The position numbers and the translations under genes were made by a program. The notes under the pieces are model-generated. The model searched no databases and was not told the DNA's origin. It saw nothing but the letters and a program-made list of their open reading frames with translations. From the NCBI GenBank assembly GCA_964035545.1, contig OZ037766.1, forward strand, positions 11,336,722 to 11,400,721: a DNA stretch of 64,000 bases. The letters are read 5' to 3'. Positions 26,900-40,289 of this stretch are shown here, one piece after another. Each line of letters starts with the position of its first letter. Position 1 is the stretch's first letter. This stretch comes from Bugula neritina (taxonomy: Eukaryota > Animalia > Bryozoa).

Positions 26900-27781
26900 G
26901 TGAGTTGCAAGATATAATTTGCAGTAGAGGGAGAGAGTGTGTGTTGTGTGTGTGTAAGCAGTGTAGTTCATTTAAACATAAGGCTTCACCTGCTGCTGTT
27001 CTACAGCAGCTGCTAGACTTGTGCTGCTAGCTGCTTGCAGGCTCTTGTTAATATATGATGAGAATCTTATCTTCACTGCTCCTCTATGTTTTGATTTGCT
27101 ACTAATAGTTGTGCCTCTAAATGAAGCAAATTTATAATCACATTAACTGTGAATCATACAGTGCATTGGGCTTCTGTTTGACAAACGGCAGCCACTGCTG
27201 CCTCATGTTACTTGAAAGTCAACAGAGCAATGCACATTACAGTAGGTCTATGCCTGAATTATTGATCTAAAAGTGTGCTATGTATCGAGTTACATTATGC
27301 ATGAAATTGTCATTCAATTCTTCTAAACATTGATTTGTTGTTTAGTAGATAGGCACACTTGAATGCAAGTGACAGGAGCTTGTGCAGGGGAGATTGAGCT
27401 CTTGCTATGATTTTCTACTGCAGTCTATGACTCTTATGCCATTTACATATCTATGCCACTGATTTCAATATAACAGCAGTTGTATTCACTTAGCTTTTCT
27501 ATTATAGTGCTGGGCATTAGTAAAAAAACTCGCAGGTCTGCCTTAGCTCAATGTATTTTTCAACTTTTACAATAAGTGAATTTATAATTTCATATAACAA
27601 GCTTTTAGTATTGGCGCCATACATTTCCTGGTGAATAAAACCTTTTAAATCTGAGCTTCATAGAACAAATAAAGTGCTGTATAATATATTTTTGTTGAAT
27701 TGCAATGGTTTTGTATTATGCTTCATATTATAAGTTCGAAAGTAAAACAATTTATATCTTTGTTGTTTGATATTTATTTAG

Positions 27782-27879
27782 ATTCTTGAGGAATGTTTAT
27801 TGGTGCCGGGTGGTGATCTTCTCATCTCAGATATAGCTGCTAGAATCCTGAGACACACTTTAAAGAACCCAGCTATTAG
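27782..27879 (+). CDS. CECR2-like exon 3
   Basis: ILEECLLVPGGDLLISDIAARILRHTLKNPAI(R); phase 0-2. Confidence 0.78.
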
Positions 27880-28234
27880 GTAGCCAGTAAATCTACTCTC
27901 AACATAAAGTTGTTATAATTTAGTTTCAACCATTATGCTGCTGTGTTCTCAAATTAAGTTTTCTAAATATATTTATGAACTCATTGTAGGCATTTTAATA
28001 TACTATTTTGAGTTATCCTGAACAATATTGAAGTGCTATTTTTGCCCTCAAAATCAGTTTTAAGGGCATATATTGTGATTGAGGGTGAAATACTATATAA
28101 TATATAAATTGATAATCTACAATTTTTGTATGTTGAATTTATCTGCTCTCTGATTGCCTAATCTGAGAATTTTTACTACTACTAATAATTTTATTTATAA
28201 TTATATATGAAAGTTGTCTGTACATTATTTTTAG

Positions 28235-28340
28235 GGCTAAAAATTTTGAGAGTCATTTGATCAAACTTGTGGAATCTAAATCTCCATCCTGGAACCCTCT
28301 GAGTAACACAGAATTTGACAAACTCCCTGCAGCTGACAAG
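28235..28340 (+). CDS. CECR2-like exon 4 (start of WHIM1)
   Basis: AKNFESHLIKLVESKSPSWNPLSNTEFDKLPAADK; NPL-x-x-x-x-F-x-x-LP as in CECR2; phase 2-0. Confidence 0.8.
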
Positions 28341-28580
28341 GTAGGCTTTGGTCATGTCTCTACACTGGAATGAAAACTTGTTTATGTCCATTTTGTTATT
28401 TATGAGCCTAAAATTTTAAGTTTTATTGTATCTTTTTTCAATATTTTTGGTCCTATGTAGTACTAAACTTCATTTTAATAAATTTCCATCATGTTGGTTG
28501 GCTGGTTTCTTGTTTTAAATTGATCCGCTTGTTTTCAATAGCATTGGATTCTATTTGAATTCAATGGATTTATTATTAAG

Positions 28581-28682
28581 TTGAAACTGCTCAAGTGGTT
28601 GGCTGATGAAACCAAAGAGAAAAAAGATGAAATTCAGGACTTGCTCTCAGATGATGTGGAAAATCTAAAGAATCTTGAAGAT
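28581..28682 (+). CDS. CECR2-like exon 5 (WHIM1 remainder)
   Basis: LKLLKWLADETKEKKDEIQDLLSDDVENLKNLED. An in-frame alternative acceptor at 28542 would add 13 aa. Confidence 0.75.
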
Positions 28683-29566
28683 GTAAGATTTCAATTCATA
28701 GTTTAACCTATTACGGTGGCTAAGGGTCATATTTTCTACGTCTTGTCTTGGAGTTGTCTCCTCATTTTTGAAGCAGTAGCTCCGTGACTTGCAGAGTTTG
28801 GTAATTCAAATCTGTTTCATAAGGTGTGATTTATTACTTTATTTTGTTGCTGTGTAACAAAACAATTACACAGTAGAATATTTTAGACTTGCTGGTAAAA
28901 AAATTTTTTGATTAATTGTAAAAAATGTAATTATTTGCTACCATCAGTTACTACGCAACATGAAATCATAAATTGCTTTACAGAAAGATTGCCTAGAAAG
29001 CAATCCATTAAATCAAGTTATTGCAGAACAGTAAACAAACCCTGGGTTTAATTTTTAATGTTAACAAATGTTCACAAATTTCAGTGTTAACAAACACTAC
29101 TTCTCTATAATTAATACAAGATGAAAATATATTTTATTTGAACCTAATTTTTTACTAAGTTTTTTTTTAGTGTTTAAACAGATATTAAAGTTTTATTCAA
29201 ATCCTTGGGTTGTTTCCTGTAGATGACCCAAGGATGTAAGTCAATTATTTAACTTTTATTTTATTAAACCTTCCAGGGATTTTATTTGATATTTATATTG
29301 GGATTACTTACATCATGTTTAGTAGACTTTCCTATGGGCTCGCATTAACTTCGTAGCTGTGTTAGAATAGGTGATTAGATTAGGCTGCCCTGTTCGGACT
29401 TTTATTGGAGTTTAACAAGACCATCTTGATTGATGTACCTTAAGCATGTTATAGTTAACACATTTAAAATATCTATAATATCAAACCAGAAAAAAGTAAT
29501 AAGGCAGGGAAATCTCCCAGTTCTGAAATGAAGGTAATGAAATGCAAATCTAATGTTTCTTTACAG

Positions 29567-29621
29567 AAAGAAATCCGAGTTGGCCAAGACTCTGAAAACC
29601 GAATCTATTGGTACTTTCAAG
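29567..29621 (+). CDS. CECR2-like exon 6 (WHIM2, G-x-D...YWYF)
   Basis: KEIRVGQDSENRIYWYFQ; acceptor tttctttacag; phase 0-1. Confidence 0.85.
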
Positions 29622-32253
29622 GTACGACTGCTAGTTATATTACTTATAATGAATCATAGCTGTGAAACCTCTCTTAAGATTTTGTTTTAATTTGACATTA
29701 AGAAACATCAGTATGATGGCCGAGCGTTACCATGGAGACACTAGCTTGGTGAAACAGGTTCTGAATATTATTTTATTGAATAAGTAATTAATAACTTGTC
29801 AATGTTTTGTGCAAGCTCATTGATGCAGCTACTAGTGGGATGTACGAGCAGTTTATAATGTTGCATGGAAATAATTTGCCACCAAAATGTGATATATTTG
29901 AACCTCAATTCAAATAGCTGAAGTTCAGCTTAACAAATTAGTGATAGCCACGGTTATTAACAAACCTAACTTTTAAGACATACTTATAATGGCGCAGTTG
30001 ATAATTTACAGTAAATAAATATTTTTGATTTGTAATTTAATCACTGAGCACTTCTTAGTGAATGACTGGAAGTGAATCACACTCAGTAAATCACACTACC
30101 TAGCTTATTATGTGTGGAATTTATTGGTATTTTATAGTTGCATTGCAAAGCCATTTAAATTATAGATACTAGATGGTGAGTTTGTAAGGGGGTGCTAAAA
30201 AAGTGTAAAAACACTACTCAGTTTTCTGACCTTTAGCTTTAACATTTAGAGCCACTAAATAATAGTCAATAATCTTTTTTGACTACACAAGGCAATTATT
30301 GGAAGTAAAACTGCAAAAGTTGACTTACTCTCCATTATTCAATTGGATTTTTGTCTTTGATCATTGTAAAATATCATATCAAGTTTTTATCTACCTGTAC
30401 TTGAATAGCTGTTATAGGAAACACAACTTCAAAGTACAATTATGAGCTGAACTAAAGTATGCTGCAAATCAAATGCTTTATTTAGATTCACTCAGCAATT
30501 TCTCAACATAACCGCCTTTTTAACTTGAAGCTGGCAATAATTCATTTAGTAATAGCTCACTGAAAATGCTTGTAGAAATATGAAAGATATGTGCATAGAA
30601 TGTTCAGCAATTTTATTCACATTCAATAATTTAAATGAAGGCCAGATCATAACTTATTGAAAATAAGTTGTAAGAAATAATTTGTGTTAGATGATGTGTC
30701 TTTGCTTATCTCTGTAGGAATGGTGAATAATTAAGAACAAATAACAAGCAGTTTTACTTTATGGTTTGATTTTCAATGAACATGATGTTTGCTTATTTTG
30801 TCTGGCCCTGTAGCAATGATTTTATGTGAATACGTAAAATAAAGATACTATCCTGTACAAGCAGTAATATATACCTGTCATAGCTGGGCACACATTCCTG
30901 GCTTCTAGCCATCAAGTATTGCCAACAATAAATGCACCAACCAAACTGAAATGTACGTGAAAATAAGTATACTTATGTGTTTTTTTTATTCATTTTAATG
31001 TTGGTGTCTCAAATCTATTAATAGCTCAAGACATGACACAACCAATTGTTTCATTTAATACTAATTTGATGGTAAGACATATGTATGTGCTTTGAAGAAT
31101 AGTTTCGAGAAACTGAAAATAAAACTAAAATTTTGTTCAAGCTGAAACTTAGTAAGTATTATAAGCTGCCAACGTACAACCCTCAGTTTCAGAGGAGTGC
31201 CCTTTACTTATACTTCTAACTCATGTAGACTATTATGAAAACTCAATGGCATTGACAAATTTGTGACCATCGCACCTAATCTTTGCATGACAATGTAGTA
31301 TAGTTATGCATTTAAGCTTACCATAACTAATTAGTTTCGCTTCATTTCTGATTCGTTTTTAGACAAGGTAATGTTTTTAGAGAGAAGATGACTAGTATTC
31401 TCTTGCAGCTAGATATGTAGACTGAACTTTAGGTAGACTAAACAAGAAAACTCTAACAACAGTATTGTAGCTTATGTATACATTGTTGGTTATAGTAATA
31501 TCCCTTGATGTACTCCTAAAACCTCAGTTTTTGGTAATAAATACCTCTTAAGGCATCATTTTTTCATGGGAAGGCAACTTTAAGTAAGCTTCATTTAAAG
31601 CATAATCGATTTTATGAGCAGGGGACATAATTACCAGCTAATTTGCTGTATAAATTATAAAAGTTAACTAGCATGTTCACTAGAAGGAGTATCAGTTTCT
31701 CCTCAAATTTCCATGATGCAACTACCAACTGGGATATCCTGCCCTACAAAGTATCTGTTCCACCTGATTGGAGTAGCTCATCTTTGCTATCCTAAAAACT
31801 ATTGCTAATAAATTTAAAATTGCGAATTTCTTACCATCAAGCCTGTCAAGTTAATGGTTAGACTAGCTATTTATTACCAAATCTTGCGGTCACAGCTTTT
31901 CATTAGAAAGTAATTCTATTCTATAGATAAACGAGAGGTGCAGGGATCACCACGTTGTAGTTGAAGTTTTGTTAATTAAGAACGGCACAATTTTTACCCA
32001 CAATTGGCATAAATTATTTTTTTTTGTGACTACAGTCCTCTACTGAACTACCACATCAACGTTGGTTATCAGTGAGTTGCTGTGTTATATTAAATTATAT
32101 TGTATTATTTGACCCAAATTTAAAAAAATAGTTAGACCAGTGTCTGGTTATTTTCGCTTTTCACCAATTGACTTTCCTATTGCAAACTCATGGTGAAATA
32201 TACTGCTCTATTGAATAAATAAGAGGGAAGGGGGGTAGGCTATGAAAGGTTTA

Positions 32254-32294
32254 GGGAGAAAGGGTACTTGGGGAGGGGGTGTTTAGGGAGAGGG
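32254..32294 (+). other. Potential G-quadruplex-forming sequence in an intron
   Basis: GGG-AGAAA-GGG-TACTT-GGGG-A-GGGGG-TGTTTA-GGG-AGA-GGG fits the G3+N1-7 pattern. Confidence 0.55.
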
Positions 32295-35200
32295 AGTCTG
32301 AAAAAGAACGCTATATATCTATCATGGCTTTAATGCTAAGTTTGCTAGCCCTCAATACGATTATAAAGTATCAATACTTTTACAGTCGTGAGTCTCACTT
32401 CAAAAACTACAAAACTGTTATTATTTAGATAAGCGGTAAAAGTGGAAAGATGAATCTTGAGGAACTTTTATAAACAAATGCTGTACTTTTACTGTTGTAT
32501 AAAAAGAACTTGAACATGAATATTAGTTGCTTAATGAATTATATTCCAACAGAATTATTTAAACTTAAAAGTGTGTAACTTTTAACTAAATTTCACGATT
32601 TATTGCAGATTAAAAGCAGGATATTTTAATTTTTTCAAGTGTGCAATATTTCAATAGGCAGTAACTTTATTTGTTTATGTATAGCCTGGGTTTTAAACTG
32701 TTGATGAATGCAAACTTTAACAATAATCAGTATTAGTAATAAAATACAACTGACACTGTGCTTGACCAGCAAGCTAGCCAGAAAATGCACAAAATTTATA
32801 ATAAAACTAAATTTATTGGGCACCCACCCGCCCCTAAAATTGTAGATTTAGTATACAACGAAGATGTTTTAGTACAGAATTAAGGTAACTGTGCATTTAC
32901 TTCAGCCAATTCTAAATGTAACGGGTACAATGAAATATTAGCTAATGACCTTAAAATATAGAAGTACAATTTCTGTTGTAAAGTACTTGAGAACTTATGG
33001 TAATTACAATAAAGGCAGATATAAAAAATAGATTATCTCTTTCATTCAAGTATAAATGAGTGTTAATTTAGGATGTCTAGAGCCATGTAGCTTCTTTTTG
33101 CTGACTATAGAATTGTATTATCGGTTATATTTTAAGGGCATAACTGTTTAAGAGTTGTGCACCCTTGTATTGGCATCACGTACAAGCTTAACCATTGAAC
33201 TATAGTTTCAGTTAAGTGTGCCTAACTCCCACAATTGTATTGAGAATTAAACCTGGACTGGCAGTTAAAATGTAGGTCTAAAGTGCAGAGTATAGTGGTT
33301 ACTTCAACTGAAATCTAATATTGCCCAATGCGAGCAGGATGTGTAAACCGGTTTGACAATGTACTGGGATTGTCTTCTCTGCAAATATGTTTCATCTCTT
33401 CCGTCAAACTTGCTAAAGGTACAGCCTACACTAAGCTGTTTATTACTATAAATTATTGCAGCTATAGCAATAGCTACAAATGGGCACTTGCTAAAACGAT
33501 TTAGCAACAACATTATTCAAATAAATTAATTTAATTGCTGTGATAATTCTAAAACGATTTGTTGGTATGAGCTGCTATACTAGTCAATCATTGGTAATTT
33601 ATTTGCTGAAAAAGTGAGTCTAACTTTAATTTTGCTCTTGAAATTTTCCAGTGTATTCTGTTCTAGTTAGGAGGTTTGTACAGTTACAACAGAATCAATC
33701 TTGCATGCGTACAAGTACGTATAGTTTATAATACTAGTAGGTAACGGGAGTGTAAATAAATAAGCAGCTTTTCACTAACTGCTTCTTATCTCAATGGGAT
33801 TGTGCAGCGTTTGGTTTATAAAGTCAAAACTTGTTGTGTTTTCACTAGATGTGAATCCTTGCTGTTAGCTATTGACAAAGGATATGACTTTGTTGTGCCA
33901 GTGTCATTGATTCAAGGTGAACTCTTCTCATTACCAATTCCTCACTTCATAATACTAATAGTTGTTAAATCGTGGTTTGCCTTTGCTGTTTCATGCATTT
34001 TACTATTACTTTAGTAAGTAGTAATTTCCAGTCGGAAACTTCTTCTAGGGGTTGCTAATTCCGCTTAGCTTACTTACTAAATAGCACAATGTTGTCAGGA
34101 CATTCATTCTCACCTCTAGTAAAATTGCATTAATTGAATTTCATTAGTTCTATAAACTAATGTTTTTGCAGTAAAATGCTTAAACTGAAGTGCAGTTTAT
34201 CTGTAAGCTGAATATCTTCAGTGGCAACTTGCCTAAATAAATTTGGAGAGTTTCTTTTAATCTTCAAACAAATTTTAACTTGAATAACTGCTTAGATTTC
34301 AAAAGCATTTAACCTTGAAATACAGTGTTTGAAAGGTTTTTTGAAACCATTGCAAGTTATATAAAATTGTTGATATGGTATCTTGGTTTGATGGCTATTC
34401 ACTGTTTTGCCATTGCCTTGTTTGCCCCAGTCTCCCAGCCACTCTCTCAGCCGAAGTGAGGGACCTGTAATGTGCTTGTTTTAGCTTTTAATTTACTGCT
34501 TGCATTGCCTCCAGCAATCATCAATATAGAAATAAAATAAATTTTTCAATGTTATAAAACCTGTTAGTATACTATTCATGAGGCATTGGAATAATTAATA
34601 ACTTAGTTTACAGGACATTAGGATTTCATTTATTGCTATGTGTTTTAGTTACAGGTATTCAAGCGTATCAACTATTTGTTAATATGGCTGAATACGCTTA
34701 GCATCTACACTGTGTATACAGTTTGTTTGTTTTAGTTCAGCGCAAGTTTGAAATTGTGTGTAAATTGTCAAATAGTTGAAAGGAACTGTATTGTTGAGAC
34801 GTCTATTCAGCTTTGTAAGCGAGGTTTTCAGTTCATTATTCTTTGTGAACAATAGAACTTTTGTCAGCTCACTATTGGACTCTCTTTGACACATAGTAAA
34901 TATTAATGAATTCAAATATTAGATAGACAGAGGCTGAAGCTGGCCGTTACCCTTCTGTCATTCCGGGTTATTGTCACAAGATACTAAGGCTTATTACAGT
35001 AATTGGGATAAATGTAGAAACGTGGACTGGACAAAACTAAGTGAAGTGTAGATCACCACACTCCTTTATCGCCGTGTGTCAATAGTAAAACTGGATTATT
35101 GAATTCACTGCAATCAGGTAGAGCCATAGTTAGTCTCTGGTAGTGGTAGGGAAATTTAAATGTAGTTTCAAGTAGAAAACTTGACTGGTGACAGTAAGTG

Positions 35201-37312
35201 TACCTCTAGCTGAACTTTTTCTTCTTTCCTGCACAGCTATACTCACTCTATAACTGTAAGTAGAAGATAATTTTAAGCTGTTTTAAATAGAATAGCTTTG
35301 TAAAGTTGATCCAAGTTTTTCCAATTTTGCGTGCTGAATTTTGGCAGTGCAAATGCTCATTACAACTCGCAGTTGCAGCAGCATCAGCATGAGCATAGTA
35401 AAACTAAGTTAAAATCTTGGCCTTGGCATTTGATATGTACTTAGAATGTTACTACAAGTACAAAGGCTTTTAGTTTTGTTATGTGTTGGGCTTTTAACAT
35501 GTAAATTAAGACAATATAAATCGTTATTAGTATTACTTACCCTTAGTCATAAAGATGCAGGTTGTATTGTAAATATTCTGACTGTTTACATGTAACCTCA
35601 GACCACCATCAAATTTAATGATGATATTAATTTTGACTATTTTTATATCAATATAAACTCGATTTTATTTCAAGTGTATTTCAACTATGCCTTTCATTAA
35701 TTTCTTTAACATCTACAGTCTACACTAACACAATAGGAATGGTATGCACAGTAATACTAACAGTTGACTATGAGATCTAGTAAGGTAGTAAGGCAGCTGT
35801 TTCAGAAGGTGGCCATTATTTTTGCTTATTTAAATTTCACATCTTAAACTGTAAGTCACTTGCCAGTCACCATTTTACTAACTTTTCATGTTTTAACTTA
35901 GGAAGTTGATAGCTATAGTTATACCAGCTATTAGATATATATTAATATAATATATATCCCACCACCAGACCAAGTTTAGGAGTTGTTTCAGTTCTAAACT
36001 TGATTTTCTCATAGCATGCATACCAAGGACTTATTGTCTTTAATTAGTCATCAGATTTAGACTAAGACATAAATGAGCCATAAAGATGTCCATATCTAAG
36101 TGCAGAGTTGTAGTTTGTAAGTTTCAGATTATCAATAGCTTATAGTGTATATACACAGATGAGCAAGTTGAAGTTTCTGTGCTGCAAATATCTACCCCAA
36201 AAACTGTAAAATTGCAGTTGTTCAAAATTCAATTTTTGTCATGTATCATAATCATTATTGTATCACTGTATTTGACAACTTTTCTCCTAATTGCTTCTCA
36301 ACTCCAAGTCTTTGTTCTTTAGTTAGGAGAAACACTATGCTGCATCTGAAATGTGCTCAAATAACTTTGTGGTAGTTATTGAAGTCAAGTGAACTTATTT
36401 AAATTTTTGATACGTGAGTAAGGGCTGTGATAAAATCTATTAGAAGATACAAGCCTAAGCTACTGTAGCAAGTTTGGACTTATAGTTTTCCAACCCCCCC
36501 CCCCACTTGTAGTTGGTCTGATAATGAGCAGCTAATTTCTAACTAATCTATTTGAGTGATATAGCTCTAGGAAAAACAGCAGTTAGAATGTACTGTCTGT
36601 TACATTGCCGGTCCACTTCTCACTGCAATTAAATCATGTGTTTATTTTGAGTTTCTTTATGTGTTATGTAAATTATGTGGGCTTTAAACAACTTTTTCTT
36701 TCGGAAAAACTGCAGTAAGGATTTGAAGTCCAAACTTATTGTTGTGTGTTGAGATTCACATGAGAGGCCACATGAGAGAGTGTAAATCAGCACTCACCGC
36801 CCTTTTCTTCTCCCTCTTAGAGTGAAAGAGTGATGGCTATTGGGTGTTGCACTTATTGGCTTGAATTTAGTATTTATTCATTCATTTGTTCTTATTATGT
36901 AATTCAACTATTTCAAATATTATAATGGCACAATGGCGTTATGTAACTGTCTTTTAGCCTGTTCTAGCTGTGGAAAGCCATGCTAGTAGGTACCCCAAGA
37001 AAGCATGCAGTGGGTGTCTTGCTGCAATAAACTAAAACTTCAATGTCTTGCAGCTTGAAGGCATTTCCACAACTAAGTGCTTGAAAAATTCAAACAAAAT
37101 ATTACATTTGTGCTCATAACTTTCAAGTTTTTCTTGAGAAAAACCTGCTAAAGTTATTCAAATAGGAAAATCAGAGCCAAAGAACTAGAATATTGTGTTG
37201 GGATATTATAGAAAATAAAGAATATAGTCCAGAATCTCAGTTTACTTACTCTCACCATCTTCTGGTATACTCACTATATTATAGTAAGACTTATGATGGC
37301 ATGTGTTTGTAG

Positions 37313-37509
37313 ATCAGAGGCTATACAGATCTAAAGGCTGTCTCTACACAAAAGGTGGCATCTCAGACTGGCAGTGCATAGCTATCACCCTGCAGGAGTG
37401 GCAGGCTATCATCCAAGACTTAGAGAAATCAAAAGAAGAGAGTGAGAGAGATCTTTACTCGTACCTCAATGACCAACTCTTTGTGCCAATCATCAAAATC
37501 TACTTAGAA
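37313..37509 (+). CDS. CECR2-like exon 7 (RLY...W-x-C-I-x-x-T-x-x-EW, WHIM3)
   Basis: DQRLYRSKG...DWQCIAITLQEWQAIIQDLEKSKEESERDLYSYLNDQLFVPIIKIYLE resembles CECR2 (W-x-LLCQTEEEW...ERQLYKLLSEDFLPEI); phase 1-0, donor gtaagt. Confidence 0.85.
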
Positions 37510-37805
37510 GTAAGTTAACATTACTACTGCATAACCTGTATAACTGTATATACATGTAAGAGTAATAGCTCATTCTTATATATGTACGTCCATCAATGGC
37601 AGGCCCTAAGCTCAACAACTCTGAAATGCTTACTCTTATACTACACACCTATACGATACATAAAATGCCTGTTTTCAATCCTTATTTATATTTTATTCTA
37701 AATTTACTCGAAGTTATAGTTTAATAACCGCACACCTACTCTTTTTGGGCCCTAACTGTTACTAGCTGCACAACACCACTGTGGTGTTTTGAATAAAACA
37801 TAGAA

Positions 37806-37880
37806 GCTACTACTCCTGCTACTACTACCACTACTACTACTACTACCACTACTAGTACTACTACTAGTATCACTACCACT
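37806..37880. repeat. Imperfect (ACT/ACC)n trinucleotide repeat
   Basis: ctactactaccactactactactactaccactactagt... Confidence 0.9.
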
Positions 37881-38017
37881 ACCCCTACCACTACTAGTAA
37901 ACTTACATTTCTGTAATTACTATTTGGAAAGTTGAATATTGAACTCTCATAGGATATTGAAAATAGTTAAATTTAATAGCAAGTTTTGGTTTTATCCCCA
38001 CTTTCTCTCACCACCAG

Positions 38018-38158
38018 GATATAACTAGACAAATGTCGAAATATATTACTGTCGGGAAATTATTGGAAACTTTGGCCATGTTATTGGTGTGTTTGGCTGC
38101 TGGGTCAAGTCTTTCTATTCACCATAACTCTGGTGGTAGGTTTGTTTGGTACACTTAG
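38018..38158 (+). CDS. Candidate terminal exon of the CECR2-like gene (DITRQMSKY...FVWYT*)
   Basis: Strong polypyrimidine acceptor (ccactttctctcaccaccag), phase 0, 46 codons to TAG. No recognisable homology. Confidence 0.3.
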   Translation, partial: DITRQMSKYITVGKLLETLAMLLVCLAAGSSLSIHHNSGGRFVWYT

Positions 38159-38699
38159 ATGGCATAAGATGGCCCTGGGTGGGTAATTCTGTAGAACTAC
38201 AGAACAAATACTGGAGACCAGCTGTTTAATGCCCACATCTGGTAGCCAATACCTATTAGTCAATAGTAAATCTGGAAATCCCTTTACTAAATATTTCATC
38301 TTTTAATGGTTTTATTCAACTGAATATTTATTGAGTACCATTTCTTTTAATGTCAAGGATATAAATACAGAGTCCTTGAATATTTACTTTCTTGGTGTAG
38401 CTGTTTCAGTCTTTGTACTCGAACCATTCCCCAGAATCCCTTAACCATCAACAGGGTTCTGCATAGCAGCCAACTCAATTGTCATATCCATTTCACTCTG
38501 TCTGAGATGTCATCCTTATTTCATACCCATGATACTCTATTCATTTACCTATGTTTATCTTCCCTCCTTCTAGCACTGATTTACAGTTATTTACTCTCTT
38601 TATGTCCCCCTCTGCATCTCTCCTGCTTACACGCCCATGCCTTCTAACCTTCTTTCCTCATCAAAGTGCCTTACTGCTTTTATTCACTTTACTCTCTTC

Positions 38700-38900
38700 A
38701 GGCCTGGCCTCACTCTCGTGAAAATCACACGAAATCGTGTCACGATTTTCGTGAGTTATCCTCTCGTTATGACCAGTCGCACACTCAACAGACGAAATAC
38801 ATAATAAATAGTCCGTGAATGAGTCTTGCACGAGATACAACCAACAGAAAATTGCCAAATAGAGAAACATGGTAAAAATGAAATAATTACTGTTGCTAAA
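38700..38900. mobile_element. Possible DNA-transposon/MITE end with nested palindromes
   Basis: Starts AGGCCTGGCCTCAC, then cacgaaatcgtg-t-cacgattttcgtg; CpG-rich relative to flanks. No matching second terminus was found. Confidence 0.3.
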
Positions 38901-39859
38901 ATTCTATTGACCAATCAAATGGTGCTTATCGTCGATTGTGATTTTTCGTCCATCGTCATTGTTGCGTACATCCAACGAAGATGATGTCTGGGGAAGTTCA
39001 ACATATTATTCACTTTCATGCACTTTCATCCTCAACTCAGCTGTGTTATCAGCTGGCACCGGGTATTCAGGTTCAGTTTTTCTTCTACTCAGTTTAAAAC
39101 TTCCTCATCTCTCAAGGTTTCCCATAGCACAAAGGTTATTTCTCGAGGTTTTTTGACGGAGGGGATAACTTCATTCAAGGAGTTTTTTTATTAAAAACTT
39201 GAGTACTTCAGCTGCAACTAAATAGTTGATCGGGCTCTAAGTTAGGGACTGCAATTGTTTGGTTTGAAATTAGAAAGTAATGGGCAGTCATCATATTCTA
39301 GTTTAGTAATAAATTTAAGTCACCTGCCAGGGCCATGATTTATTTCTTTTCAATTCTACTGAGCTATCTGGGTCTGCCTACAGACTTGACTCATTCTTCA
39401 CTGCTTGTCTTCTTTGTGATTTACACACTGTCTTCAAGATATTACCATCATTTAGTTAGCGTGGGGTTTAGTGCTAGCTGGCTGACACAAGTAATGTAAA
39501 TGCTGACACTAATACACTAATACTTAGTTTTCTGAGATATTAATTTTGTAAATGACTATTGCAAACCTAGAAAAGTGCCTTCCTGTAGTATTGTTCAAGT
39601 TTATGGCTACCAGCCAGCTTTCACTTAGCTGAACACTGATATAAACAGCAGAAGTATACATTGAAATACAGAACAGACTTTACATTAAATTATATCTAAG
39701 AATTGTTTACTTTTGACTATTAAAGGCGGTAAGCTTCCAGGTTATTTATTACATTTGAGCAAAAGTTTGCATGCTTTTCAACTGTTTTATCAGCATTTTA
39801 CCCAATTTCTTATACGAAAACACTACAAAAATGTAAGTAAAAGTGGTCATATTAGGTGT

Positions 39860-40066
39860 CTTAGACTTGCCCAGACTTGCCCGCGAGCGTGCCCTCCGTG
39901 ACGTGGGGATGGCAAAATAGCCCAATTGTAGCGTGAGTTTATATCGCGTAAAGTTATTAAGAAGCGGGTTTGTCACAGATTCTCGTTATTCGTAGCTCAA
40001 ATCACATGAATGTTACTCTTCGGGCGGCTACTAATAACTAACGTTAGCTACGCAACATCAAGAAAG
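39860..40066 (+). promoter_or_regulatory. CpG-rich promoter / non-coding first exon
   Basis: CpG cluster (cccgcgagcgtg, cgtgacgtgg, atcgcgta) ending at donor AAG|gtaact (40066); second donor AG|gttagt at 40248. Confidence 0.45.
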
Positions 40067-40289
40067 GTAACTAATTTAACTGTTTTCAAATGGACTATTC
40101 CATTTCGCTAGTTTGTAACTTGCTGTAAATCACAAAATAATTATTTTCCCTATTTTAATTTCAATTATCATGTCGACCACACTACCAGAAAATTACTCTT
40201 AAATATGCAGTAAATGATGATTTTCAACCGTTTTGTGATGAATTATAGGTTAGTAGTTGTCTACGTAAAACCAAGTTTTGAAATTTGTA

